This document shows, in pieces, positions 26,882-39,964 of a DNA stretch of 64,000 bases. The notes under the pieces are model-generated. The model made no database searches, was not told the DNA's origin, and worked only from the letters and a program-made list of their open reading frames with translations. The position numbers were made by a program, and so were the translations under genes. Each line of letters begins with the position of its first letter. Within the stretch, counting starts at the first letter, position 1. Source of the DNA: Octopus sinensis (taxonomy: Eukaryota); contig NC_043011.1 in NCBI RefSeq assembly GCF_006345805.1, positions 37,336,464-37,400,463 on the forward strand, written 5' to 3'.

Positions 26882-27469
26882 GAAAATATGTGTATGTTCA
26901 TGTGTGTGAGTGTGCGTGTGTATGTGCGCGTGCGCGTGTATTCGTATGCTGAAAGTCTGACTTGTCAATTACATTCAAAGGAAGAGAATAATGTGTCGAA
27001 GAAAACGTGTGAAGTATAAAGAAAACCATGAAACGGAATTTAAATATAGTTTTCTGTCTTTAACACGAAGGGTTATTCCTAAAATATCAGATTCCGTTTC
27101 TCTCTCACAGCGGCCGAATTTTTGCAGCGTCAGTCACATTACCGTATAATTTAAAGTAAGCTGAATGTCACAGTACTAGCATTGCTGCCTGTGTGATGTT
27201 TGTGTCTTGAATTATGCTTTGTTGTGAAATAATTCCTACAAGGTCACAGAAAATAGTTTACTCCATTTAAAATCTGATTACTGGTTCTGGGAGGAAGTTT
27301 CTAGCTCGTCCTGCTAAAAAAAATACAAGCCGAATTTCTCTTCTTTTATGACATCCTTCTAATTTCATAAGGGAAGGACGGTATTGGGCAACTAATGTCT
27401 AATTCAAAAGTACTTGGAACTAACGATTGGAACGCCTTTAAACACAGGTACGATTTATTCAGAAGTGAC

Positions 27470-28160
27470 ATGGCGGCAAAGAAGAAGAAGAAGAAGAAGA
27501 AGATGAAGAAGAAGAAGAAGAAGAAGATGAAGAAGAAGAAGAAGAAGAAGAAGAAAGAGAAGAGTGAGAGGAGTAAAAGAAGACGAAGAAAAAGAAAACG
27601 AAGAATAAGAAGAACAAGGAGAAGAACAACAACAACAAGAAAGAAAAGAGATAGAGGAGAAAAAGAATACGAAGAAGAAGAAGAAGAAATAGAAGAGGGA
27701 GGGGAGTAAAAGAAGACGAAGAAAAAGGAAACGAAGAACAAGAAGAACAAGAAGAAGAAGAACAACAACAACAAGAAAGAGAAGAGATAGAGGAGAAAAG
27801 AAGACGAAGAAGAAGAAGAAGAAGAAAGAGAAGAGTGAGAGGAGTAAAAGAAGACGAAGGAAAAGAAAACGAAGACGAATAAGAATAAGATGAAGAAGAA
27901 CAACAAGAATAAAGAGAAGAGATAGAGGAGAAAAAGAAGACGAAGAAGAAGAAGAAGAATAAAGAGAAGAGTGAGAGGAGTAAAAGAAGACGAAGGAAAA
28001 GAAAACGAAGAAGAAGAACAACAAGAAGAAGAACAACAACAAGAAAGAGAAGAGTTAGAGGAGAAAAAGAAGACGAAGAAGTAGAAGAAGAAGAAGAAGA
28101 AGAAGAAGAAGAAGAAGAAGAAGAAGAAGAAGAAGAAAGAAGAAGAAAAAGAAGAAGAAG
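27470..28160. repeat. (GAA)n-derived array with about 135-bp higher-order unit (4 copies)
   Basis: GAGTAAAAGAAGACGAAG recurs near 27569, 27703, 27841 and 27978. Confidence 0.9.
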
Positions 28161-28725
28161 AAGAAGAAGATAGAGAATCATCACAACAGCAACAGCAACA
28201 ACAACTGCAACAAAATCATCACCAAATGCTACTACATCATGAAGCATGATATTGTTAAATATGTGAATATCCTCCAATCAAATATCCTGTGTTGTTATTG
28301 AATTTTTAAATGAAGAAAAGCATCTTATATTAGAAGAAATATCTCATACATATCTCATATCTTCGACTTTTTGTTATAGAGTACGATACTCCTATCTATA
28401 CTTAAAGCTTTTAGCGTTGTTGTTATTGTTATTGTTCAATATTATGAGATATATATTTGAATGGATTTCAGCTACACCCACTCTCTGTTTTGTCGCATTT
28501 TAAGTCAGACATTTAAGTAAGATTCAGCTACCATTTCTAGTATGTCGACCTACTGCACAAAGGCTCACCGTTTGACGGAGAAATTTCATTTAGAAGATGA
28601 AATTATATGCGTCTATTCATCACTATTTCTCCTCTGTGAAAGGATCGTTTATTAATAGACGGAAATATATAATTACATGATTATCTTTTAATGGGGAATT
28701 TTTAATATATTAGATAGTAAAGAGT

Positions 28726-29030
28726 GGAGGCCCAATGCCCCAGTGGTTAGGACAGTGGACTCGCGGTCGAAAGATCGCGGTTTCGATTCCCAGACCGGGC
28801 GTTGTGTGTGTTTATTGAGCGAAAACACCCAAAGCTCCACAAAGCCTCGGCAGGGGATGGTGGCGACGCCTGTTGTACTCTTTCGCCCCAATTTTCTCTC
28901 ACTCTCTCTTCCTATTTCTTGAGTGACGCTGCGATGGACTGGCGTCCCGTCCAGCAGGTGGGGGCACATACGCCATAGAAACCGGGAAACCGGGTCCATG
29001 AGCCTGGCTAAGCTTGAAAAGGGCGCATAA
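28726..29030 (+). mobile_element. SINE group C
   Basis: GGAGGCCCAATGCCCCAGTGGTTAGG...GTTTCGATTCCC head and GCGATGGACTGGCGTCC...GGGCGCAT tail. Confidence 0.88.
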
Positions 29031-29699
29031 AATTTTTAAAATTTAGTAAAGAAGACGAGTATATAGCGAATAAAAACCAGCAGATGATGAACAGTCTACA
29101 ATTACTGATAATAACGAAGAGGGGGATCAAAGAAGAGCAGCACTCAAATTGTTAATTATGAAGGTGTAATTCAATAACTATAGTTACAGAATTGGGCAAT
29201 ATATATTAATTATCCCCTGCTTCTGCCGACTTGATGCGGAATAATCAATGTAAAGTTCAAGCACTAAATTTCAATTTCAGTGGTGTATACATAAATATAA
29301 GTTAAGAATTCGTTCTAATACATCTCATCTGTTCCTTCTCAATATCTATAGCGTTGACCTAAGATGGGTTGATTGGTACAATCAGTAGTGTATCGGTAAG
29401 TTAGCCTTGTATTTTTTTTTCCATCTGGTTTTCGTGTTCTGAGTTCATGTGGTTTCTGTTCATTATTCGCGTTTCGATTAAATAAAGATCAAATTGACAA
29501 CTGAACGGCCGTAATTGGTAGGTTCCTCCCTTACAATATCTGGCCCTCATCAAGGAAACGTGGAATGGGAGGATGGAAAAAAGGAAGGACGGAGAGGTGA
29601 TGAAGGAAAAAAAGGTTAGATGAACAAATCTAAAAACTGGGGTCGATATTGCGACAAATTTTCTTCAAGACCATGTCCCGGCCTGACGGGACATGTTCT

Positions 29700-29902
29700 T
29701 TTATTCTTTTATTTGTTTCAGTCATTCGACTGCGGCCATGCTGGAGCACCGCCTTTAGTCGAGCAAATCGACCCCAGGACTTATTCTTTGTAATCCTAGT
29801 ACTTATTCTATCGGCCCCCTTTTGCCGACTCGCACCAGCATCGGTTGTCAAGCGATGTTGGGGGAACAAACACAGACACACAAACACAGACACACACAGG
29901 TA

Positions 29903-29955
<53 letters not shown>

Positions 29956-30093
29956 GAGGGGCTTCATTCATTTTCCGTCTACCAAATCCATTCACAAAGC
30001 TTTGGTCGGCCTGAGGCTATAGTAGAAGACACTTGCCAAATGTGCAACGCAGTGGAACTGAATCCGGAACCATATGGTTGGTAATCAAGCTAC
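29700..30093 (-). mobile_element. SINE group A
   Basis: Reverse complement match to group A. Confidence 0.85.
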
Positions 30094-30295
30094 TTTATTT
30101 CATTTTATTAGCCATAAAGGCAGTATACAGAGTAGCTGCGGGTTGGACAAACGAACTTGGAGATGAGACTGACAATTTCTCTGAGCATCCAACTGCTCAT
30201 TCAATGGAGATCCTGGAAGAAGTGCCACAAACTCAGAGACAGACCAGACTTCTACCCAAGTCCAAACCGCCTGTACTAGAATATTGACCGGACAA

Positions 30296-30760
30296 AGCTA
30301 AACAATCATGGAGGAGGCAGCGCTGCCCTGGGCCAAAGAGGGGAGCTGCTGGTAACAGGAATCTGCACCATGCCTTACAAGCAGGAGCGCCCAGTTATGG
30401 CTATTAGAACATTTCTGCGATCACATCACCCCTAACATCTGGACACCTAACTCCTCAGACTGCAACCACCTTGATTATTATATGTAGACGCAGTTGTACA
30501 AACGGCCAACAAAGCTTGTAACACTAAAGACGAAATAAAGGTAAGTATTATCGCAGTATTGACCAGCTTAAACAGTGAGACAGTTCAAAAGAATTGCATG
30601 AGATTCGGAAGTCGTCTGGACACCGTGGTTTAATCCAATGGCGATTTTATTGAATAAATCTAGTCTTTAGTATTTATGTAATTTTGTTAAATGTGTGTTA
30701 AAATGAGATGCCACTGTTATTTTCTTTTGTGCGTAATTTAGATGACACTTTATTCACCGC

Positions 30761-30764
<4 letters not shown>
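30296..30764 (+). mobile_element. Tc1/mariner DD37D (maT-type) transposase 3' remnant
   Basis: MEEAALPW..W*QESAPCLTSRSAQLWLLEHFCDHITPNIWTPNSSDCNHLDYY..NTKDEIK..RFGSRLDTVV*SNGDFIE*. There are 37 residues between the second acidic position (here E) and the third D. Ends CTG-TA in (TA)n. Confidence 0.8.
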
Positions 30765-30829
<65 letters not shown>

Positions 30830-31344
30830 ATATATATTATTTTATGTAGAAAAATACAACCTGGGACAAGAACGTAAAACATTTAGAAGACGATACAAAA
30901 ATCACGGACGGGACATTCGAAGCCTTCAATCTTCAGTCAAGAACCGGATCATCGTAGCAATTTCGGCTGATTAATCTTGAGATCGCTCCGATCCGGCATG
31001 TGTGTGTACTTAAGTATGTATGTGTGTTTTATGCATGGATAAAGGCGTATGTATATATTGTTATGAATTCTCCTGGCGTATATATATTGTTACGGAATCG
31101 CATAACATCGTGAGATGAATTATTTTGCTCAAGATAACAATACATCGCACTGCGTAAAAGCAAAGGGATAAATAAAAGAGATTATAGTTTTGAATATACT
31201 TTCCACATATCATTGAAGTATGTAAATATCAGCGAAAAAGAAATGAAAAACAAACTGGAGGTTTTAGAACAAACATCTGTTGTGATATTTGTTCTGCAGC
31301 AAGTCGTAACATCTCCCTTGTCCCTCACGACGTTAGAATATTCT

Positions 31345-32287
31345 TCTCTACTCTAGGCACAAGGCCCGAAGTTTTTGCGGAAGGGACAGTCGATTATATC
31401 GACCTCATCATGTAACGGGTACTTAATTTATCGGCCCTGAAGGGATAAAATTTGAAGTCAACCTCGGCGGAATTTGAACTGAAAGCGTAAAGACAGATGA
31501 AATACCTGTTTCTTTAACTACCCACAAGGAGCTAAACACAGAGGGGACAAACAAGGATAGACAAACGGATTAAGTCGATTACAGCGACCCCATTGCGTAA
31601 CTGATACTTAATTTATCGACCTCGGCGGAATTTGAACTCAGAACGCAACGGCAGACGAAATATGGCTACGCATTTCGCCCAGCGTTCTAACGTTTCTGCT
31701 TTCTTTATTTCACACAAGGGGCTAAACATAGAGGGGCAAACAAGGACAGACAAAGGGATTAAGTCGATTATATCGACCCCAGTGCGTAACTGGTACTTAT
31801 TTAATCAACCCTAAAAGGATGAAAATCTAAGTCAACCTCGGCGGAATTTGAACTGAAAACGTAAAGACAGATGAAATACCTGTTTCTTTACTACCCACAA
31901 GGAGCTAAACACAGAGGGGACAAACAAGGATAGACAAACGGATTAAGTCGATTACATCGACCCCAGTGCGTAACTGATACTTAATTTATCGACCTCGGCG
32001 GAATTTGAACTCAGAACGCAACGGCAGACGAAATATGGCTACGCATTTCGCCCAGCGTTCTAACGTTTCTGCTTTCTTTATTTCACACAAGGGGCTAAAC
32101 ACAGAGGGGCAAACAAGGACAGGCAAAGGGATTAAGTCGATTATATCGACCCCAGTGCGTAACTGGTACATATTTAATCAACCCCAAAAGGATGAAAGGC
32201 TAAGTCAACCTCGGCGGAATTTGAACTCAAAACGTAAAAATAGACAAAATTTCGCACGGCGTGCTAACGTTTCTGCCAGCTCGCCGA
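31345..32287 (-). mobile_element. SINE group B head-to-tail array (about 5 units, 374-bp dimer repeat)
   Basis: Repeated CTCGGCGGAATTTGAACT and ATCGACCCCAGTGCGTAAC; head at the right end. Confidence 0.9.
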
Positions 32288-32400
32288 CTTGACGGTGTCG
32301 GTATATTAGAAACAGATTTATAGACATATTGTACAAGGACACCATTGTTATTTACTTGTAATATATCATTAAAGTGACTACATTGATCTAAAGTTATGTA

Positions 32401-32966
32401 TTGGGTTGTCTGGAAAGTTCGTGCCGATATTTAAAGGAAAGAAAAAGGTCAATAAATACTTGCCATTACATTTTTAATCAACCAAATATGAACCATTTTG
32501 TTGCACAATGCGTCTCCATCTCTCCTTTAACTTGAAAATACCCTCTTCCCAGAATTGAGGTGGTTTCATAGTAAAGAATTCATCAAGGTATCTTTTTACG
32601 TCATCCAAGGACTTAAAAGTTTTACAATTAAAACTATTCTGCAGAGATCTGAATAAGTGGAAATACGAAGAAGCAATATCTGGTGAATATGGAAGGTGGG
32701 ATAACACATCCCAGCCGAGCTGCAGCAACTTTTGTCTGGTTCCCAAAGCATCAAGTCCCGAAAATGAACTTTCTGATCTTCCATTGTAAAGGGTTACAGA
32801 ATTAACACAGTTAATAGGAACATAAATCTTCTTCCACCAATAGATAGCTCAAACTGTGCTCTAAATGGAGGTGTAGTCAAATCATATTTTATGGACTCAA
32901 CAATGTTGTAAAATAAGTCGAAAGCTAAGCTACTAAAAATCGGCACGAACTTTCCGGAAAACCCAA
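32401..32966 (-). mobile_element. Internally deleted mariner with both TIRs and TA TSD
   Basis: TA|TTGGGTTGTCTGGAAAGTTCGTGCCGAT ... ATCGGCACGAACTTTCCGGAAAACCCAA|TA. N-terminal MEDQKVHFRDLML is joined to C-terminal WDVLSHLPYSPDIASSYFHLF...WRRIVQQNGSY. Confidence 0.93.
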
Positions 32967-34763
32967 TACTTTAACGTCCCTCTAATTGAGAAATTATAAT
33001 AGAAATCCTTAGCCATTGAGCTACTATGTATAAACGTATAGAGTTTCTGAAACGTAAAGTAGATAATTAAGATCACTCTATAAAGCAATGGGAAAATATT
33101 TGCTAATGTGTTGGAAATATATTTTTGTAAAATTGAATAATCGTGAGATGATTTAAATCATTATTTGATAATTTAATTTGAATAATGAATATTTTCGTTT
33201 TCTCTTTCTGAATTCAACAAGTATTAGCAAAAATTATAAAGTTTATTTATTTGAAAACATTCAGAATTTACTCTCGATAATGTAGATTAATGGTTTTGAA
33301 TTAAAATTAATCAAACAATTCAACTAACTCCGTTTAGATAAATATTGAAGGAACTCAATTAATTACTTCCTTTATATTAATTTTCTTAAATTAAATCATA
33401 GAAACACAGCAGTCGTCAGGTCAACATGCTAGTCTATTAGGAATGCAAGACGTTGAGTTTACATTCCAGCTCAACTTCCCATGTGTAAAACAAATTAATC
33501 TAGCTGTGAATACGCTCTTATTCCAAACTAACAACATATGCCGTTGTTTAAGGCGTATATTACGTTGAGGCTTTTAACCTATTAGGTTATTGACGCAACA
33601 CCTAAGAGTTTGTCTTCGTGTAATGTATCTGTTCAAGTAGTTTCTCTTTGAGAGCCATATCCAGGGAAGAAATTAAAACCTACACTGCATGCTAAATAAA
33701 GTTACAAGAACTGTACAGCGACGCTGTTAACATTGGTGTGATACAGGTACGCATAGCAAGTATTTCCAGGTGGTTGGAACGTCTCAATACGAACTACGTG
33801 CATCCGTCAAGGACACAGGACAGCGCAAGGGATAAAAAAAAAGCTGGAGTTATTTTTAGGTTGAAGGTTTATTCCACAGAACCAAAGATACGTACAGTTG
33901 CAATAAGACAGCAATTAACTGACATTTGTCAGTGGCTCACTAACCAACATTTTTCAGACAATATCGATGGCGATATAGTGAAGCGCATCCCAGTGTGAGA
34001 CCATCTTACGAATGGAAGAGGGATTACTCTCCCATATATCATAGTGGCACAAGTATTATTTGGTTAGAGGTTTCATATCTCACTGAAAATTATTCTGTTA
34101 CTTCCATTCGGTTGGCAGCATCCAATCTACGTAAACCCAACAACAATAATCTTGTTTAATGTGCATTAACATATTTTTGGATAATTTCAAAATGGAATCG
34201 TATACTCCAAAAATATAGCTAAATAAACGATTATACATCACCATGTACATGGGAAATTGTTCGCCAGATCTAATTAAATGTGACACATTACGGATGTATA
34301 GACGTTGAATCTTCAGTTAATCTTAATCCAAAACATATTATACCAAGATGCCTTCCCAAGGCTATTTACAGCTCAAAACTCGTGTAAAGCTGCAAATTGC
34401 ATCGCCTGGAAATTTACCCTAAATTCTTTCGGTACGTTTTTCCGGCAGTAACGGAATACTAAATATTATTCGAATGTTATAGTGGATTGGCTTCCTCTCC
34501 AATGGGATTTAACATTTCATCAGCTTCCTGTAATAGACAGCAGATTAAAGCAATATCCACTCAGTGATAACCTTTCTGTAACGTAGAAGACATTTAAATT
34601 ACCTATTCCAAGCACAATTTCTGATATGCTAATCTCCGTTAGAGAGCTTATATGATAATTCGTACTGTAATAAGTAAAAATTATTGTTTCCTCTTTCTTC
34701 TTTTTCACTACAGCACATCTAAACGCACGTGCGCACACACACAGACGCTCACACGCACACACA

Positions 34764-34812
<49 letters not shown>

Positions 34813-34819
34813 ACACATA

Positions 34820-35260
34820 TACATATTTGGTGGTTGTCTACTCCTGATGCAGAGTTTGACCACCTCCTGTACCTACACGTTAGAACTATCATGGCATCTA
34901 ATGTGCCTTTTTAACCAGACAGCGTTTTGAAAAGACAACTTCATAGAATGCATATACGATTTGAACAACCAGGAGCTGCAGTTAAGTTCTGATCTTTGTG
35001 CATTGTAAAATGGCTTTTGAAGCCCCCGTTAGATTTGAAGATGTTCTGGCATACTTTGCATTGAAAGGTGTGTACAGACATATAAGCACAATAGTTGGTC
35101 GATGTTCGTTTTTCTTGGGTACACAAATGAGAATTGACCCCAGCAAAAGAAAGACATGGTCTGTCACAAACTGTGCACATACATATACACAAACATACAT
35201 ATAAACATTCTTTAGCAAGAATATTACGGACGGCTGGCTGGAACTTCGAAGTCATTGTCA
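34820..35260 (-). pseudogene. Three tandem C2H2 zinc-finger remnants (LINE ORF C-terminus or ZNF pseudogene)
   Basis: CTVCDRPCLSFAGVNSHL; CKVCQNIFKSNGGFKSHFTMH; CIL*SCLFKTLSG*/KRHIRCH (stops and a frameshift). Confidence 0.65.
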
Positions 35261-35295
35261 ATAATATTTATTTTTTATTGCTTACAGGGGAGTGG

Positions 35296-35992
35296 ATATA
35301 CATAGAGGGGACGAACAAGGACAGACAAAGGGACTTTGTCGATTATATCGACCCCATTGCGTAACTGGTACTTATTTAATCGACCCCGAAAGGATGAAAG
35401 GCAACGTAACGGTAGACAAAATACCTATTTCTTTACTACACACAGGGAGCTATAAACAGAGAGGACAAAACAGGACATGCAAACGGATTAAGTATATTAT
35501 ATCGACCCCAGTGCGTAACTGGTACTTATTTAATCGACCCCGAAAGGATGAAAGGCAACGTAACGGTAGACAAAATACCTATTTCTTTACTACACACAGG
35601 GAGCTATAAACAGAGAGGACAAAACAGGACATGCAAACGGATTAAGTCGATTATATCGACCCCAGTGCGTAACTGGTACTTATTTAATCGACCCCGAAAG
35701 GATGAAAGGCAAAGTCGACCTCGGCGGAATTTGAACTCACAACGTAGCGGCAGACGAAATACCTATTTCTGTACTACCCACAAGGGGCTAAACACAGACG
35801 GGACAAACAAGGACAGACACACGGATTAAGTCGATTACATCGACCCCAGTGCGTAACTGATACTTAATTTATCGACCCCGAAATGATGAAAGGCAAAGTC
35901 GACCTCGGCGGTTTGAACTCAGAACGTAACGGCAGACGAAAAACGGCTTCGCATTTCGCCCGGCGTACTAGTGTTTCTTCCACCTCGCCACC
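35296..35992 (-). mobile_element. SINE group B array (4 units, two sharing a deletion of the B-box region)
   Basis: GGATGAAAGGCAACGTAACGGTAGAC junction repeated with 154-bp spacing. Confidence 0.9.
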
Positions 35993-36028
35993 TTTCAGTG
36001 TCAATAATATTCTTTAAGTATATGTACT

Positions 36029-36330
36029 GTGGAGGCACATGGTCTAGTGGATAGAGCAGCGGACTCGCTGTCTAGGGATCGCCGGTTCGAATCTCAGACC
36101 GGACGATGTGTGTGCTTATGAGCGAAACACATAAGCTCCACGCGGCTCCGGCAGAAGGTAATGTCGAACTTCTGTTGACTCTTTCGCCACAACTTTCTCT
36201 GGCTCTTTCCTCCTGCATGTTGCAGCTCACCTGCGATGGACCGGCGTCCTATCCAGGTGGGAAACCTATACGACAAGAAAACCGGGAAACCGGCCCTTAT
36301 GAGCTAGGCGTGGATCGAGAAGGAACAAAC
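36029..36330 (+). mobile_element. SINE group C variant, full length with 13-bp TSD
   Basis: AAGTATATGTACT at 36016-36028 and 36331-36343; head GGAGGCACATGGTCTAGTGG...GGTTCGAATCTC. Confidence 0.9.
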
Positions 36331-36408
36331 AAGTATATGTACTATACAAATGTATAGAGTAACCCATTACAATAACGTGATATTGTTTTTATTATAAACT
36401 GAATATCA

Positions 36409-36590
36409 GGCGGCGAGCTAGCAGCATTTCGTCCGTCCCTATGTTTTGAGTTCAAATTCATCCGACAGGGACTTTGTTACTTATCATTTCGGGCTCGATA
36501 AAACAGATTCCATTTGGGGTTTGAGATCGATTTTATCGACTTGCCCCTTTACCGAGCTTGTTGGATTTGTGCCAAAATTTAAAACCATTA
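36409..36590 (+). mobile_element. SINE group B, diverged
   Basis: GGCGGCGAGCTAGCAG...GAGTTCAAATTC. Confidence 0.7.
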
Positions 36591-36625
36591 TAACTGAACA
36601 TGAAAAATTACATTAATACATACAT

Positions 36626-36802
36626 AGACGGCTGTGTGGGAAGTGGCTTGCTTACCAACCACATGTCTCCGGGTTCAGTCTTAGGCAAATGTCTTATACT
36701 ATACCTCATGCTGACCAAATACTTCTGAGTGGATTTTGTAGACGGAAACTAAAAGAAGCCCGCTGGATATATATATATATATATATATGTATGAATGTGT
36801 GT

Positions 36803-36871
<69 letters not shown>

Positions 36872-37088
36872 TATATGTTTGTGTGTCTGTGTTTGAGCCC
36901 CCCAATATCGCTTCAGAACAGATGCTGGTGTGTTTACGTCTCCGTTAGCTAGCTGTTCGGCAAAACAGACCGATAGAATAAGTACTTGGCTTACTGAGAA
37001 TAAGTCCCGGGTCCGATTTGCTCGACTAAAGGCAGTGCTCCAGCATGGCCTCAGTCAAATGACTGAAACTAGTAAAAGAATAAAAGAA
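36626..37088 (+). mobile_element. SINE group A with internal (TA)n(TG)n
   Basis: Full head-to-tail match to group A. Confidence 0.88.
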
Positions 37089-37471
37089 AGCCGAAACTGA
37101 TACCACAAACCACTTCTTCTGACATTCAAACAAATATACCAATCATCCGTGCGTAACTATAATGATTATTTTTTTTTAATTATTGCAGCGCCACCAATTT
37201 TGTGGAGAGTGTGTTAGTCGACACTATCGGCTTTCGTACGTGACATGGTAGTTGCATGAAAAGTAACGTTGGTCTCGAGAACTACAATATTATAATGCAA
37301 GGAACCAAAACACACAACGCAAGTGATTATCCTCACTCTAAAAATTTCATTAACCCCCAACCCACTCATTTTAAAATAAAATAACAAACTGGGTTTTCAC
37401 TGTATTTCCTTATTCTGTTTTTCGTGAAATCTCTAACCCTTATAAATACAGCATTATTATATTATTATAAA

Positions 37472-37960
37472 GGCGTCAAGCTAGCAGAATCGTAAGCATG
37501 CTGGGCGAAATGCTGACTGGTATTTTGTCTGCGTTACGTTGTGAGTTCAAATTCCGTCGAGGCGGTGAGCTGGCAGAAACGTTAGTACGCCGGGCGAAAT
37601 GCTTAGCGGTATTTCGTCTGCGTTACGTTGTGAGTTCAAATTCCGCCGAGGTCGACTTTGCCTTTCATCCTTTCGGGGTCGATAAATTAAGTACTAGTTA
37701 CGCACTGGGGTCGATATAAACGACTTAATACCTATGTCTGTCCTTGTTTGTCCCCTCTGTGTTTAGCCCCTTGTGGGTAATAAAGAAATAGGTATTTTGT
37801 CTGACGTTATGTTCTGGGTTCAAATCCGCCGAGGTCGACTTTTCCTTACCCTCTTTCGGGGTCGATAAATTAAGTACCAGTTGAACACTGGGATCGATGT
37901 AATCGACTGTCCTCCCCACACCCGTATTCCATGCCTTGTGCCTATAGTAGGAAGGATTAT
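37472..37960 (+). mobile_element. SINE group B with duplicated head and dimeric body
   Basis: Heads at 37472 and 37561. Confidence 0.85.
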
Positions 37961-38989
37961 TTTTTTTCTTATTAGGTGTCCTAGTTTGTATCCCTTTCCA
38001 AATACATCACAAACACGGTTTGTTCCTTACTGGAGTGTTTTAGTTTACCTTAAGTATGTTTATATCCAAAACTATTGTATTGATTAATATAATATCTTGT
38101 TAAGCGTCTTGATATTCATAACATTCACTCAAATCCGTATAAAGTAGTCTGTGTGTGTGTGTGTGTGTATACATTTACATTATGACTTATCATTTCGTTT
38201 AGTTAATTAAATTCGTTGTTTCTTGAAGATTCCACTTCAATACACGCTAAATGTTTTTATCAAAATAAAATTTAAGGAAGAAAAAATGCAATGTGATAGA
38301 AATGATGTAAGCATCCGGTGATTCTCGAAAACGACCACTCACCCCACCATATCGTTACATAATCATGAGTCCCGAATTACATCTAGTAACTTGGAAATTA
38401 CCAATCATTTCTCATTTGTAAATGCTCCTTAATATTTTTGGATGACACAGGAAGTTAGTAAAAGCATTCATTTCGTTTTCTCGTCAGTTAAAAATCAAAA
38501 TAAAGAAATAAAGAATTTCATATATCGAAAATTTAAAGACCAAAAAATATTATCGAATTTTGAAACAAACAGAACTAATGATAATGTTAATTGAAAATAA
38601 AGTAGCCTCCGTTATTTCAAATTTTAGCAACTTTAAAAGCATGTTAGAAAATATATAAAAAAAAAAGAGCTACATATATATTGAAATAGTTATATGCTAC
38701 ATTTATTTGTAAACATGGAACAATAACAAAAATTGGAAATATCCAATACATTTTTAGCAATATTTCCATGAATAGCGCGCGCTCAGATGAAGAGCTTTTA
38801 AAGACATTACAGAAAGGCACTTCCCCATTTAATTAACGAGTATGTTTCGAAGTCTGATTCGCAATGAGAAGAAAAGGAGAAAGAGAAAATTTATGAAAAT
38901 GATAAAATTGTAATGTTTCTCTACTAAAAGCATGTCATCAAGAAGAAGAAGGAGGAGGGGGAGAAGAAAAAGAAGAAAGAAGTGTAGTT

Positions 38990-39230
38990 GTGTTGTTGTA
39001 GTTGTTGTTGTTGTTGTTGTTGTTGGTTGTGGTGGTGGTTTTGGTGGTGCTGATTGAGGTGGTAGTATTAGTAGTAGTAATGGTGGTTCCAGTGATAATG
39101 CTAATAGTAGTAGTAGTAGTAGTAGTATGTTTTGTGGTGTTGAAGTTGGTGGTTAGTTGTAGTAGAAGTAGCAACAGCATTAGCAACAGCAGCAGTAGCA
39201 GTAGTGGTGGTGGTTGTGGTGGTGGTAACA
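38990..39230. repeat. Compound (GTT/GGT/AGT/AGC)n repeat
   Basis: Directly visible. Confidence 0.9.
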
Positions 39231-39629
39231 TACGAGAAAAGACAATGAAAGATGAACAAAAACACCGCAGGAACAAAAATGATATAAATGTAAAACACAA
39301 ACTACATAAAACCTGTAAACGAATAACAAAAAAAATAATATTAAAGAAAATGTTGAATATATTTGTTATACCTCGGCAAACCTGCACGCACTTTACTGAA
39401 ATTATTTGAAATTATTTGAATGAATCCGGTAACGCATTCTTCACGTGAAAACAAATTTGTATCATCGTAACTTAGACAACAATCTTTACCCTTTAGCAGT
39501 CAGATCATTCTGTCATCTACAGTGCTTATTTATGCACATTGTTTTGAAGTAATCGTAGACAATTTGAGCTTAAAAGAAGGTAAGATACTTCATCGAGATT
39601 TGGTTTCTTTGAAGCTCAAATTTTTAAAG

Positions 39630-39713
39630 CTTTTCAAATGGAATCCGAGATTCGTAAATTTCTTCCACGTATCTATTTAACATATCAGATATATATATAT
39701 AATATATATATAT

Positions 39714-39747
<34 letters not shown>

Positions 39748-39758
39748 AATATATATTA

Positions 39759-39837
<79 letters not shown>

Positions 39838-39928
39838 TATATATATATATATATATTATATATATATATATATAATATATTTATATATATATATATATAT
39901 ATTTATATTATATATATATATATTATAT

Positions 39929-39964
<36 letters not shown>

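Noticed and set aside
30850-30990. Hammerhead at minus-strand CTGAAGATTGAAGGCTTCGAAT
   Set aside because: It has GAAT instead of GAAA and no helix I or III pairing.
31345-32287. CRISPR-like repeat array
   Set aside because: The units are 150-190-bp SINE bodies with no unique spacers, in a eukaryotic context.
33770-33830. Cadherin-like SQYELRASVKDTGQ
   Set aside because: It is an isolated short match followed by a stop, with no other cadherin motifs.
24080-36100. tRNA genes at SINE C and other SINE heads
   Set aside because: They have A/B boxes but no complete cloverleaf, continue into SINE bodies and are flanked by TSDs.
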